Origin: Octopus sinensis | Lineage: Eukaryota | Length of the DNA: 64,000 nucleotides | Reading direction: 5' to 3' | Assembly (NCBI RefSeq): GCF_006345805.1 | Contig: NC_043002.1 | Coordinates: 69,564,001 to 69,628,000, forward strand | Shown: one piece after another, positions 1 through 12,949 of the stretch | How positions within the stretch are numbered: position 1 is the first letter of the stretch | Layout of the letters: each line of letters begins with the position of its first letter | Notes under the pieces: model-generated | The model's database searches: none | What the model was told of the DNA's origin: nothing | The model's input: only the letters and a program-made list of their open reading frames with translations | Position numbers and translations under genes: made by a program

Positions 1-575
1 CAGACACACACACACACACACACACACTCACAAACACATATACATACGCGCTTACATCTATCTAAATCTCTCTCTGTCGCTGTACATATATATATATATA
101 TATATTATATATAAATTTAATTATACCGAGGACTTATAATCCCTTAAGGGATGTTTGCATCCTTGTTTCCGGTTTTTACTGAGGTTTTCCGAAAATCTGC
201 TCAGGGCTGTTAAACAGAAAATTCCATTTTACAGAACTATTTTTGGGCTCAAATAACCGCCCACCTATAATAAACGCCCAAGGGCGGTAATATGGAAGTA
301 AAATATTTCACCCAAGAAAAACAGAGATATTCTCAAAAACCATATTTATTTTATATAATTCCATTGAACTTCTATCGTTTCAGTTATCAGATATACGGAC
401 ATAAAGAAAGTGAAACCCCCTAAAAGAAGTAGCATATTAAAAATATTCTGAAGTTAACAATGGATCTATTAGGAAATATTGAAAATTAAACTGTTGAAAA
501 CATGAATAGAAGCCTCATATGAACAAATAATGTCCCTGGGCATTTATGGTAGAATAATAACCGAATAGTTTCAAG

Positions 576-1948
576 TTAAATATCATGAATTTCTTTATTT
601 GTTGCTTGGCTATAATTCACATCAGAGCAAATTTTATTTACTTGTATCTTATCTTCTTCAATTTTGTCATTATGTGCATCTGGTGCATTTACCTCAAGGT
701 CAGACAAAATATCCTGTAAGCGTGAGTTTAAGATGCTATGTTCAACAGTCTGTCCCCGAGGAGCAATTCCACAACATTCAAAAGCACGCTTTATAGTTTC
801 TTTATTTAAAGTGGCAGCAGCTTGGGTCACAAAATACACTATCTCTTGATAAGAAGGTTTTTTGCGATATCCTTTATTTGTCTACACCATTTTGCCATTT
901 GAAAACTAATTCTCCCATTCAGCACGAAGGGACCACTAATTGAAAGGACCAATAATTGGTACATCTAACGGCTGCAAGTAAGATGTTGTTTTAGGAAGTA
1001 TAAGTTTGAGAATTGTATTCCTACGTTTGAACACTTCTAAGAGCCCTATTTTCTTGTGCACTGAGCATTCATCCATGAATAACACTGAACTTTGAGCATG
1101 GAATAGTTGTGTTGTTCTCTGCCCAAACACTTTGTCAGCCCACAGCTGCATGTGTTCATATGTGATTGATCCCCTGTTGGAGACTGTTAAGTAAATATTC
1201 TTTAGGACATTGATTTTAGGCATGTTTTTCAATCCTTTAAGGATAATCATTGTTTCAACACCTTTCCTGCAGCATTAATACAAAACACAGCAGTAAAACG
1301 AGCTTTGGTAGCACCACAGTGGCTAGCGTCTACATTTTTATTGCCAACAAAGTCTATGGTTGTTGAACTCAACATGTCAACGTATACAGGTGTTTCATCC
1401 ATATTTTAAATCTGGTCGGTATCCTTGTCTGCTGTTAATACTGGAATGCTATCTAGATAGTCACTGGCGATTTGTGCCTTTTCTCCCAGTGTTTTATTGT
1501 CTGCTTGACCAACATGTGTAATCTTTCTCACAGTCAGTTTTTTTCCGTTTCATGCAATTGAAAATCCATTTATCAGAACATCTAAACCTCTTCATTTCAA
1601 TTCCAAACCATTTTACCAATTCAAATGTATATTTCCGTAAACGGCAGTAATTTACAATTATATTGTTTGCACGCTGAACAACAATCCACTGTAAGAGTTC
1701 AATCTCTAGATCCCTATGTGCTGGTCCTCTACCTTCACCAATTGATCTGTGCCTTCTCTTGTCTGATATATGGATTAACTCAGTTTCTTTTTGTGCACCA
1801 TTCTCTCAATCGTTTTCTATCAATACCTGTCGCTTTACGCAGCAGATAAATTGCCAGAATGTTCTTTCACTCGTATAATAGCATTCAATTTTTCACCAAT
1901 GGTATATGATCGTTGAACACGTTTTGATATATTTTATTTCGACTCCAT
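576..1948 (-). mobile_element. Decayed pogo/Tigger-like DNA transposon (CENP-B HTH plus DDE_1 transposase pseudogene)
   Basis: Minus-strand translation gives FRCSDKWIFNCMKRKKLTVRK (HTH), NMDETPVYVDM (first Asp, ~1375-1400), LFMDECSVH and LPKTTSYLQPLDVPIIGPF (ORF 936-1250), then KRAFECCGI (ORF 576-839). Stops and frameshifts are present; TIRs were not identified. Confidence 0.8.
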
Positions 1949-2094
1949 TATTGGGAATAAAAATCCTTTGAATTTATCTACAGACGTAAAAAGAAGTAGA
2001 AAAAGGCCAAATAACAGCAGCAACAGTGACAACAGCAATAACACTACATATGTGATGTGTGTAATGTGAAACTAATTATTATTGTTTATTATGG

Positions 2095-2340
2095 CCTTGT
2101 TCCAATTCGGGCTGCAGCAACAAAGCCTCCCCGCCACCCTTCAAGGTCCATCATCACTACCTCGAAGTCCTGGATACATTCCAGGCTTGTATCTGTAATC
2201 AAATTGCCAATGTTAGTGTGACAACGTTTCGTCTTCTTACATCACCATGAAGTAGGACAAATGATCTAGCGGAAAACAAACAATTTCGAATAGTCTTTCC
2301 CAATAGTCGTCTTTGAAACGTTGCGGTGATGAGTTAACAA
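2095..2340 (-). mobile_element. RTE-clade LINE 3' coding remnant
   Basis: Minus strand reads LLHGDVRR...NLITDTSLECIQDFEVVMMDLEGWR, resembling the RTE ORF C-terminus. Confidence 0.45.
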
Positions 2341-2549
2341 AGCCCTGATGATGACAGTGGCTAACTTTCTAAGTATTGTAGGCAATGTGCCTCATTTGTA
2401 TAGAAGCAGTACAACAGCTTTAAGTTTTTTGTTTTGTATTTTTATATGTGTTCATTATTTGTGTGAGAGAGGTAGAGGGATATATCTTAAAAGATGATGG
2501 TATTAGAGTTCCGCTCAAATGTTCGAAATGAATCAGAGGTGAAGCACAC

Positions 2550-3300
2550 TTACCACTAAACGTGTAGAATTGTAGAATTGTCGGAGCTTCTCGCAATTAA
2601 GTTTATTTGAAGTACCAGAATGTTCGGATGACAAGAAAGTTGTACTGTAGGATGATGTTGCGTGGGATGCCTTGATTACGTAGTGATCAGATGATCCTAA
2701 ATGAACACAAACAGGTATTACTGTATTTTGGGCGCACCCGGAGATAAGGATGGGTTAGAATTGAGTAAAGAGGAAACTGTGTTTGGAGTTTCGATGGAGG
2801 TACTTACTAGTACAAGTAGTTCAGTTCGGCAAATTTTGCATCCTTTTCATCATTAGTCTCAGAGTACCAAATCTAAGAGGAATTACAAGCATCGGAGTCA
2901 CTGAAGGTGAGAACAGAGAGAGATGAGGGGCAAAATGGATAGAGAAGTTCGAAGAAAGAGAAAACTCAGATGAACTCAAAAGACTTGTGATGAAAAGATT
3001 TTAACCTAGAGTGCCTTGAAGTCTTTGCTACTAATGTCCAAGTCAGTTGAGCAAGTGGTTAGGTGAGTGGATTCGACAGTGGCATAGATACCAATTTTCT
3101 GAAAGAATTTGATAATGCAGTGCAACATTACAACAAAAATAGGTTAGAGGCAGAGGGGATATAGGAAGGATTTGTGTCACAGACAGAAATAAAAATTGCA
3201 TAAGTGCTTTAAGCGTAATTAGGCATTTATGCGGATGAATACAAGTTTGACCTTACTCCAAGAGTATTAGTGTATGGCGAGACACTTGTCTGGTAGATTA
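2550..3300 (-). mobile_element. Highly decayed APE endonuclease region of a Jockey/CR1-like LINE
   Basis: Minus strand contains KIGIYATVES...DLDISSKDFKAL, SLLNSNPS and HLGSSDHYVI (terminal SDH motif of APE), with many stops. Confidence 0.4.
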
Positions 3301-3582
3301 TTTCATATTTTAATTATTTGATTTGAATTGAGAAGTGAAACTATGAAAGGCCATGCCTTTCTCAAGAGTATTATTAGAAACGCGAGTGCATTAAAAAAAA
3401 AAGAAGCTTCATCCGGCAATACACCTTCAAATATGTGAGAGACGCAGACAATAAAGTGATTATAAAAGACATTCTCTCACATCACTTTAAATATCATACA
3501 TATCTATATCTATATCTATGTATATAAATATATATATATGTGTGTGTGTACATACGTATATGCGTGTGTATATGTATTTGCG

Positions 3583-3613
<31 letters not shown>

Positions 3614-3699
3614 GTTACATTTTTTAAAGGTATTTTTTAACATGCTGGCCATTGATAAAATTTTTTTCGAAAAATTTTATCCTATATCATATATATATA

Positions 3700-3718
3700 T
3701 ATAGATAGATAGATAGAT

Positions 3719-3796
<78 letters not shown>

Positions 3797-3817
3797 TAGA
3801 TAGATAGATAGATAGAT

Positions 3818-3853
<36 letters not shown>

Positions 3854-3870
3854 AATAGATAGATAGATAT
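3700..3870. repeat. (GATA)n microsatellite
   Basis: Directly visible tandem GATA units. Confidence 0.95.
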
Positions 3871-3874
3871 ACAA

Positions 3875-5448
3875 GCACAAAGGTGTCTCAGAAAATGTAT
3901 ATACTTTAAATGTTGATAACTTAATTTTCACTTCGTTTTAGGTTTAACGCATTAGAAATAATGAAGGCAGTCAGACTAAATTTTAATCAAAGGAAATTTG
4001 TCTTAAAATACAGCTGGAAGTTTGAAAATGCAGTCGGTGTGCAGAGACAGTTTACGAAGGACTTTCACACAGATCCACTTACACGACTTACCAGCATTCG
4101 AATTAGAGAAATAAGTTTGAAGTAGATTGAACTGTTTAGAATGTCTGCAAGAAACATTCTTGAAGTCTGCGGACGTCGATAAGCGCCACAAAGCAAGAAA
4201 AGGTACTAGAAATGCATTGCTATAGTTTTTTAATAATGAAATTATTGTATACAGTGCTCAGGTGTACCACAACTTGTCAAAAGTGCGTATAAAGCATATG
4301 CAGTAATGTACAAATGTCTGGAAAGTGAATAGTGTATGAGTCAGACACATGCTTGCGTGTGTATGGAGGGGAAAAAATCAGGTGTAGTGTTGGTGAATCT
4401 CAGGAAGTATGGAAGTTTTGAAAGATGCAGTGCTCCGACAACTAACAACTCATGCTGGCAGTTTGTTCTATACTTCAGCAACTCTTAGCGTAAAAAAATG
4501 TTTCCAAAAGTCATGGGAGCTGTGCTGTTTTCTGACTTTGTAAACATGTCCACAGGTGTTAGACAGGTGGAGTTTGAAAAGGTGCTCAGAGTTCAAGAAC
4601 ATATTTCAGTGGCAAGCATGTCGTGAGATAGAAATTTCAAAATCAAGCGTCCATCGCATTTTCAAGCACTGTCATTGGAGAAGTTAAATTCCAAGAAAAA
4701 TGCATACTCTCATTGAATTTTGGAAGTGATACTTGGCTAGATTTGTAGAAAATGCGATCTTTCTAATAAAGACTGTTTGGAATACTGAGGCTGTATTTAA
4801 ATTAATTAGCTCACTTAATCATCACAATTACACATGTTGGGGACTTGTGAATCTGCATATTTCGAAGAAACATCATGTTAATTGGAGTTACTGTATGTTG
4901 AAACTGATAATCAACAAGCATAAATGGACCTTCTTTTCTTGATGGTACTGTGACTCATCCCATTTACTTGAACTTGCTGTAACAATCTGTCGTATCAAGC
5001 ATTTGCAAGGACTTTGGAAATGTGAAGTTTATTTCCAGCTAAATGGGACGCCTTCACATTGATGAGATTTTGCCAAACAGGCGGATTGAACGAAGAGGTT
5101 CAGTAGAATTCTCTCCACGTTCACAGGACCCAATATCACCAGATATTTTTATGGGGATATTTAAAAAGAAATACAGTTTACAATACAAGATCAGCATCGT
5201 ATCTGAGGGCAGTTCATTGAACAAAAATGTGCACAAATACCAAATGAAGTGTTTCTTGATGTTTGTGTGCTTATTGTTTCGCATTATCAGCAGTGCCTGG
5301 ACTAGAGCGGTCATCATTTTAAAAACAGGAATTCATATAACAATTAACTTCTGTCTGTGGATTATATTCAAGTTTGAAAATGTAATGCATTTTAATAAAC
5401 ACTGACTTTATAATCATTAAATTTGTGAATAAATTGATTTGGGGCATC

Positions 5449-5450
<2 letters not shown>
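3875..5450 (+). mobile_element. Tc1/mariner-superfamily transposon remnant, rosa/DD41D-like, interrupted by a LINE fragment
   Basis: N-terminal HTH (MKAVRLNFNQRKFVLKYSWKFENAVGVQRQF), then after the insertion EISKSSVHRIFK, TVWNTEAVFKL, GPSFLDGTVT, FQLNGTPSH and RRGSVEFSPRSQDPISPD. The 3' end GGGGCATCCTGTA sits next to TA. Confidence 0.75.
4208..4575 (-). mobile_element. 5'-truncated CR1-group LINE 3' end inserted in the rosa-like transposase
   Basis: Minus strand reads KVRKQHSSHDFWKHFFTLRVAEV*NKLPA*VVSCRSTASFKTS, flanked by GAAAAGGTACT (4197-4207) and GAAAAGGTGCT (4576-4586). Confidence 0.7.
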
Positions 5451-5485
<35 letters not shown>

Positions 5486-5547
5486 CATACGTGTGTGTGT
5501 ATTATGTATGTATATATATTAATATATATATATATATTATACATATA

Positions 5548-5596
<49 letters not shown>

Positions 5597-5602
<6 letters not shown>

Positions 5603-5962
5603 TCTTTTACTTGTTTCAGTCATTTGACTGTAGCCATGCTGGAGTACAGCCTTTAGTCGAGCAAATCTACCCCAGAGCTTATTCTTTGTAAGCCTCTTTT
5701 GCCGAACCGCTAAACACACCACCATCGGTTGTTAAGTGATGTTGTGGGGAGGGGGACAAACACAGATTCACAAACATATACACACACATACATACACATA
5801 TATATACATATACGACGGGCTCCTTCCAGTTCCCGTCAACCAAATCCACTCACAACGCTTTGGTCGGGCCGAGGCTATAGTAGAAGACACTTTCCCAAGG
5901 GACTGAACACAGGACCATTTGGTTGGTAAGTAAGCTACTTACCACACAGCCATTCCTGCGCC
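5597..5962 (-). mobile_element. Cephalopod tRNA-derived SINE family A (head GGCGCAGGAGTGGCTGTGTGGTAAG; OK/OR-type octopus SINE)
   Basis: tRNA-like head with A/B boxes, central GGCACCTTGGGCAAGTGTCTTCT block, internal CA/TA tract and LINE-like tail. Further copies at ~8455-8835(-), 17505-17975, 29975-30735(-, split), 31945-32347(-), 34600-34950(-), 36985-37260(-), 43515-43910(-), 58307-58708(+), 62160-63130(-), 63200-63550(+) and 63570-63780(-). Confidence 0.85.
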
Positions 5963-5972
5963 TTATATATAT

Positions 5973-6091
<119 letters not shown>

Positions 6092-6124
6092 ATATGTATG
6101 TATATATATATGCATTTCAAAATG

Positions 6125-6310
6125 TAAGCACATGTGAATCGTAGGCGATTTTTTACTCCGTCTTCCTTTTCTCTTGGACTTTCCTCTGTCTTCTGTTTCT
6201 GACGAAGAGCTTTGCTCGAAACATAAAACCACCTTTCTTTTCTTTCCTGAGCGTCTGCTAATATTTTGCATGTACCACGTCCTCGCGTTGTTGCTTTTTT
6301 CTTGTGTTCT
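6125..6310 (+). mobile_element. PLE pseudo-LTR fragment with hammerhead motif
   Basis: Contains CTGACGA-A-GAGC-TTT-GCTC-GAAAC. A related copy lies on the minus strand at ~50340-50530. Confidence 0.65.
6195..6229 (+). ncRNA. Minimal type I hammerhead ribozyme-like motif
   Basis: Stem I GTTT/AAAC, core CUGACGA, stem II GAGC/GCTC, GAAAC, and triplet AUA in this copy. Confidence 0.6.
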
Positions 6311-7429
6311 TATATATATACATAGGATTAGCAGTACTGTGGAAATTCTATGTTTATTTTGAAAAATTTAAATCTGCTGGAAGTTTATACGGACCCATAA
6401 AATACATAATGTCTTTTCAAACTGTATTTTTCATGAAGTGTTTCGTTCTTGAGACGGGGGAAATCCACGTAGGAGACACTGAATGTGTAGTCTTTAGAAA
6501 GAACATTTTTGAAAAATTTTCTTACTTATACACTTGTTACCTCTTTTATTTTTAGTATTGTTATCTGTTATGTTTATCTGTACCTCAACAAGCGAATGCG
6601 TTCTAGAAACTGCAACATGAGAAAATTTAAGTTCACTGCGTTTTTCCATTATGACGATGTAATAGAAATAATTGAGAATGCGTTGAAAGAATAGCGTAAA
6701 AACAATGGAACAGAATGGGGTATTGGTAAAAGACAAAACACCGTGATAAATGAATCATTTCTACACACTGACAACAAACTTGCAGCCCACAGCAATGAAG
6801 CTTTGACTCTCACGTATTTTCTCGACTATCTTTAACTCTTCATGTAAAGAATACAGTTATATGCATCGTTTATTAGGATCAGGCGCTTGCGAATTTCCTC
6901 TGTTCACTGTTCTCATATTGATGAAGACGAATACGAAAATCCGCATAAAAATTTGCTCTACCTCATTGCACGGTCACGTAAACACAAGCGATAGTCAGTG
7001 TGTGTTTGTGCGTGTGTTTGTGTGTGTGTGCATGCGTGCATGTCTATGTTTTTGTGTATGTAATAATTTCATTAGGGTATTGACCTTGGACGTCTCCCGG
7101 TTAAGCTTATCTACGGGTCCAGGCTATCAAAATGAAGTATCCCGAAATTGTTTATTTTATCAAACGTAAAATCCACAAAATCTGCTGAGGTTTTACAGTT
7201 ATAAACACGGAGAATAGAGAGAGAAAGTCCTTAACTTTTATGCATGATTATGAGAGACGAATTTCGATATGCGTCAATGGCATCTCATGAATAAATAATT
7301 GTATATATCATCGCATGATGTAGCAATAATCATTAGATCAATTTAAGATGAAACAACACTAAATCAATAAAAGGACTTGCTCACTCCATTTTATTTATCC
7401 TTAGCATGAATGTGTGTATCTAAGTATAT

Positions 7430-7612
7430 ATATATTCTCTGTGTATCTTTCTGTTGAAGAGTGTAGGCTCGAAACGTTAAAGACTTGTTTTATTTATATT
7501 TCCTGAGCGCCATACTAATACAATTGTTTGTTTGTATTCCACCTGCCTTCGTCTTTTGTTTATTTCCGTAAACCTGCCTTCGTCTTTTGTCTATTTTCAT
7601 AAAGCTTCCCGT
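7430..7612 (+). mobile_element. PLE 3'/pseudo-LTR fragment (same family as the element at 20935-22290) with hammerhead-like motif
   Basis: Near-identical to the reverse complement of 20935-21065. Carries an internal ~31-bp tandem duplication (ACCTGCCTTCGTCTTTTGT twice). Confidence 0.7.
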
Positions 7613-7646
7613 TATATATATATATATATATATATGCTTCAATAGT

Positions 7647-8024
7647 GGAGGCGCAATGGCCTAGTGGTTAGGGCAGTGGACTCGCAGTTGTAGGATCGCG
7701 GTTTTGATTCCCAGACCGGGCGTTGTGAGTGTTTATTGAGCGAAAACATCTAAAGCTTCATGAGGCTGCGGCAGGGGATGGTGGTGAATCCTGCTGTACT
7801 CTTTCACCACAACTTTCTCTCACTCTTTCTTCCTGTTTCTGTTGTACCTGTATTTCAAAGGGCCAGACTTGTCACACTGTGTGTCACGCTGAATCACCCC
7901 GAGAACTACGTTAAGGGTACACGTGTCTGTGGAGTGCTCAGCCGCTTGCACGTTAATTTCACGAGCAGGCTGTTCCGTTGATCGCATCAACTGAAACCTT
8001 CGTCGTCGTAGCCGACGGAGTTCC
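7647..8024 (+). mobile_element. tRNA-derived SINE family B (head GGAGGCGCAATGGCCTAGTGGTTAG, tRNA-Arg-like)
   Basis: A box TGGCCTAGTGG and a B-box-like element. Relatives at 41140-41425(-) and a partial copy at 31040-31195(+). Confidence 0.8.
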
Positions 8025-9424
8025 CGTATGTATCAATTTAAGAAATTTATTTCTCTGTCAAACGTCAAATGAATGATATAAATGTTTATGTTATAAATTT
8101 CGTTCCATAGGTATAGCTCTGATATAGGCCAAAGCAGAATAATATAATACATCTGTTATATTATTATTAAGGTGAAGCGGTTACATTCTTTCAAGGTTTC
8201 CACCAATGTTGGTGAGTTGACAGGGAAAGTACATCTCATGTCAGTCTCGTAACAACAAATATTTTGTTGACCCGAAGTTGTTTCTATTCTGTTCCTGTCG
8301 CAGCGTCGAATATTCTAACTTACACAGTTATAACAAATTGCTATGAATAAAACGTATTCTGCAGGTTAAAAATACCGATATATACTTCAAATTCTACATT
8401 ATTTTTCTTAACTGCAAAAATCATTCTTGGTGTATCAAACCTTAGGAAGTCTTTTATATTTTACTTGTTTCAGTCCATGCTGGAGCACAACCTTATAAGG
8501 TTTAGTCAAACGGTCAATTCCAGAACTTATAAGAAAGCCTAGTACTTATTCTTTTGGCCTCAGGTTTTTCTCCAGAACCGCTAACTTACGGGAATGTAAG
8601 CAGACCAACACCGATTGACAAGCGATGATGGGTCGGCAGAAGAAGACACACGCACACACACACACATACACACAAACGATGGGCTTCCACAAAGTTTCCG
8701 TCTACCAAATTCACTCACAAAATATTGGTCGGACCGAGGTTATAGTAGAAGACACCTGCCCTAGGTATTGCACAGTGGAACTGAACTCAAAAGCACATGG
8801 TTGCAAAGCGATCTTCTCAACCACACAGCCAATATGTACATATATGCATAATGCTTTAGATTTGTAAGTCTAATGTCCTGCATAATTATTCCTTGTTCAG
8901 ATTTTAACAATACATTGAACTTCTCTAGAAGTATTTTCCCATCTTAATATAAAGACTAGCTGGTTAAACAGGATTCAGTTCATTTCGTTGGATTCATCTC
9001 TTGATTTCGATTCGTTTAAAAAGCTGGCTGATTAGAAATACAACTGCGACGTTGTATTCGGCTTTAAGTGATATCTCTTTGTTTGAACAAATTGATGGTA
9101 TAGACTGCACGTCGCCTTACAGAAGCAGGTCATGGCGTAGAGCTGTGATTATTTTCGAAGTAGTTTTAACCTCTGTTCGATATTTATCTGCAGCGATTCT
9201 AAATATTCTGATTTACAGTTAAATCATACGATTCAGATTTGACCAACGAAATGTGTTATATTTATTATGTCAAATGTCCTAAATAAGAAACTACATATAC
9301 ACATGCATATATTATAATATAGATTGCATATGTATACATACATTCATGCATGCATACATACATATTTATATGCGTACGCACGTACATACATACATGCATA
9401 CGCACATACATACATACATACACG

Positions 9425-9905
9425 GATACATACAAGAAGGGAGTGTGGGGATGTGCTGAACAACTTTTAACAAACAAAGCTGTACTGTCTCAAGTAAGAA
9501 AACAACGCAGAAACCTTGTGAAAATATGGTTTGACTATAAGAAGGTATTCGACTCTATCCCTCGTTGATGGCTGTTGAAGTGTCTACATCCGGCAAAGAT
9601 ACCTACTACCTTAATTGTTGCTATAGAGAGACTCACAAAGACATGGACAACTATTCTTACCTTTATAGCTGAGTACAGAAGAGTTGTTTCTAATAGTATG
9701 GGCATTTCAAAGGGAATATTCCATGGAGATAGTCTTTCTGTACTTCTTTTCCTTTTGGCACTGAAGCTATTACCGTTCCCGCTGCAGAAAACAAATGGTT
9801 ACATGCTAGGATCTTCAACTGATAGAAATATCAATGTAACTCATAATTTCTTTGTAGACGACCTGAAGGTTTATGTTAAAAGTGTTAACAATGCCAAAAA
9901 AAGAA
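9425..9905 (+). mobile_element. R4/Dong-like LINE reverse transcriptase fragment
   Basis: GCAEQLLTNKAV, WFDYKKVFDSIP, KGIFHGDSLSVLLF and FFVDDLKVY (RT motifs), with an in-frame stop. Confidence 0.8.
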
Positions 9906-9924
9906 AAAACAACTATAGTTAATA

Positions 9925-10140
9925 ACCACAGTTTTAGCTGATATAGGCAGGGAATTTGGCCACTCATACATTGAACAGGACACCCGTCCGTTGCAAGTTT
10001 ACTCATTTACAGCTGAGTGAACTGGAACAACGTGAAGTGAAGTGTCTTGTTCAAGAACACAACGTACCGTTCCGGCCCAGGAATCGAAACTATGATCATT
10101 TTATCGTGATTGTAACACCCTAAATACTCGGCCACATGCC
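9925..10140 (-). mobile_element. tRNA-derived SINE family C (core TTGTGTTCTTGARCAARACRCTTCA)
   Basis: Degenerate tRNA head and conserved core. A better-preserved copy lies at 41455-41683(-). Confidence 0.6.
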
Positions 10141-11559
10141 TATTATAGGGTTGCTTCGGGGTTAAATAACAGCAAAAATACTTCCTATGTATTTCTAATT
10201 TCATTTTCACCCAAGATTGTCCGAAAAGTCAGAATTCTCTGCACAGTTCTCGAACTTTTTTCATTTGTGAGTGCACTTCAAATTAATTGTATTAATATAG
10301 GTCACCAGTTATTTCTGTTTATCTTTACTCATTAATTCCAAACGATCTATTGTTAAAGCAATCAATCATCACTTAAACATTGCCAAGTCTGTCTAACCAA
10401 AAGCATATTTCAACATCTGTCGTCAAATCTGCGACATGCTACGACAATGAGTTGGTAAAAACGGTAGAATGTTAAATTTAAATTGCTACAGCATTTTACT
10501 TAAACTGGTTTTAACTCTTCGGGGCTGATATAATAAGTACTAGTGATATTCTAAAGTAGATGAAATTAACCAAAATCAAGTTACTAAAATTTGCTTTATA
10601 CCTAGTTAAAAATGACAACCTAAAATTACTGCAGATTGTGAATTAAAACAGCGCATGCCCTACAAATGGTGGCGAATTGGTTATGACGTTTGAGTATTGG
10701 CTAGAATGACTTGCAGTATTCGTTCCGGCGCCTTGAGTTCAAATCCAAACTAAGACCAACTTCGTTTTTCATCGTTCGGAGGTTGATAATTAAAGTACTG
10801 GGTTCTATTCTTTTCTCTTTCACTCTGGAAGATATTGGCTATGGTCATACATGAAGAGGCATGTTTAAATACCCAAGATACACTGTTCTTCACGATGGTA
10901 ATCTTACGTCGTCAACAGGAGTTGATGGCTCAAAACAGGACTGCGTTTGACTGTTTTTCTACAGTGTGAAATTCACGAAATAAGTCCTGGCGATATACCT
11001 AAGAACAAAACGCACAATCATTGTCGAATGATCGCCGTAGATTATAAACTAACCTCATTTGCCAGGGCTTCCTTTCATTATGGTGGATGAAACCATTCAG
11101 AATGTTTGAAGGTCAAAATATTAGAGTGCGGCCATATTTAATAAATAAATATATGAACCAACTTATACCATCATGGGACCTTTAATTCTATGACTTATCC
11201 AGTAGGAAGAAGCTGAACTCATGACGATCACAAACTCTCTCAGACTGATGAGATCGATAAGGTGAATGTTCGGCCATAGAAATGATGAGAAAATAGGAGA
11301 CGGGCTTGTTTGCATGAGTTTGGAAGGAGGTGAGTATACCAAGAACCGGCAAACATGTATGAAGGCGGACTATACTAGAAATTTTTATGTATCTTGCAAT
11401 CCGAGAGGACTGAAAAAAAGAAACGATGATTATTTAAGGCTATGGGAAAAAACTGCATTCAAAAATGTTCCTTAAAGTTTTTCCTTATAGAAATATATAG
11501 CTGCAAAATTTATCTAGTTCAGATGGGTAGACGCCGGTCTAATAGCAATTAAATAGGCA

Positions 11560-12300
11560 GAAGACAACACATACATAACCCAATGCTTTAGTATTTTGGT
11601 GAGTACAGTAATACCTCGACTCAGATCTTCTCTTAAAGATTTCACTTTATCTTGTAGTCTCCTTTTCCACAGTTGTTCTTTTTTAATCTTTCCCTGCGAG
11701 ATACCTAATCTTCTGGTGACTAGTGCCCGTCCTGCATAGATCAATAAGTTTATTTTTAGTATCAATCCTACAGATAACAGAATCTACTTTCTTAGTCATT
11801 TCTTGTAGCTTCCTTCTGTTGATGTCTTTTAATGCTGGCAATCTTTTCCTTACTTCTTTACTTATTACTTCCTGTAACTCATCTAAAATATTCTGATCTT
11901 CCTCACTTAAATCACTTAAGTCGTTGGTGCCAGTTGTCCCTTCCTTATTGGTAGCGCTATTATTATTTTTATTCTTTAGGTTCTTCTTTGATTTGTGGTG
12001 TATGTTTTATGTTGTTGTTTGTCTTTCCCACTGCCTGGTATTTCTTTCCTAGTTCTCTCATGATCTCTTCTACCTCCATTTCTGTCATCCACTTTCTTCT
12101 CCTAATAGCATTAGCTTGATCAACCAATCTCTGCTCAGTCACTTTAAACATACCAAAAGTGTTAAGATCCGTTTTCTGTAGCCCTCTCCTTTTACGTACA
12201 CTTTCCAAGTATCACTGTATCACTATTCTGTTTTCTTCGCTGGTCTACTCCCTTCTCCTTGCTCTATTATCTGTTGATGCTGTATTAGGATGACAGCTGT
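11560..12300 (-). mobile_element. N-terminal ORF fragment of an R4/Dong-like LINE
   Basis: FKVTEQRLVDQANAIRRRKWMTEMEVEEI and LWKRRLQDKVKSLREDLSR resemble the N-terminal region of RLE-LINE ORFs. Confidence 0.6.
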
Positions 12301-12807
12301 GGTCAGACTGCATCTTCACTGAGCGAAAAGCCTTCACTTAAATGAATTTGGACCCTTAAAGGTCCAGCTTCCTTTTCGCTGTTACAAGCAGAGCTTTTCA
12401 GAAACTCCTGTCTCATTAACTGAGCTAAGGTAACGTTCATCACCATAGTCATCAACACTATTATTTTCCGACATCTGAAATTTTCAAGCAACTTCCTATT
12501 GCATCATTTGTTGCATCTTTATGTTAGTGGAGTGGTATGTGCTGCATTTTTTTTGGGCGTGAGGGGATGGATATTGTATTGTATCAGTACGTTTTGTTAT
12601 GGGGTTTTGTTTGATTCTTCGGTTGTATTAGTTTTTATATTGTGTGTTGTTTGTGTAGCGCAGGTTGAGTTCTTCTGTAGGGTATGGGCCTTCAATGGCA
12701 CATATAAGTGTTGTTCATTTTGTTGGGTATTTACAGAATGAGTTTATTCTTGTATGATTTTTGAGGGGTGTTGCATAGTTGTGTGTGTGTGTGTGTGTGT
12801 GCGTGTG

Positions 12808-12847
<40 letters not shown>

Positions 12848-12903
12848 CTCCCAAATCAACTATTTTATAGTATTTATGATTATTCGTCCTCCGTTCTTTT
12901 GCT

Positions 12904-12949
<46 letters not shown>

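Noticed and set aside
7647-7720. SINE heads as tRNA genes (also 41350-41425, 41610-41683, 58307-58380)
   Set aside because: Acceptor and anticodon arms do not close, and each continues into a SINE body.
11245-11285. CTGATGAG as a hammerhead core
   Set aside because: No paired stem II before the next GAAA and no stem I.
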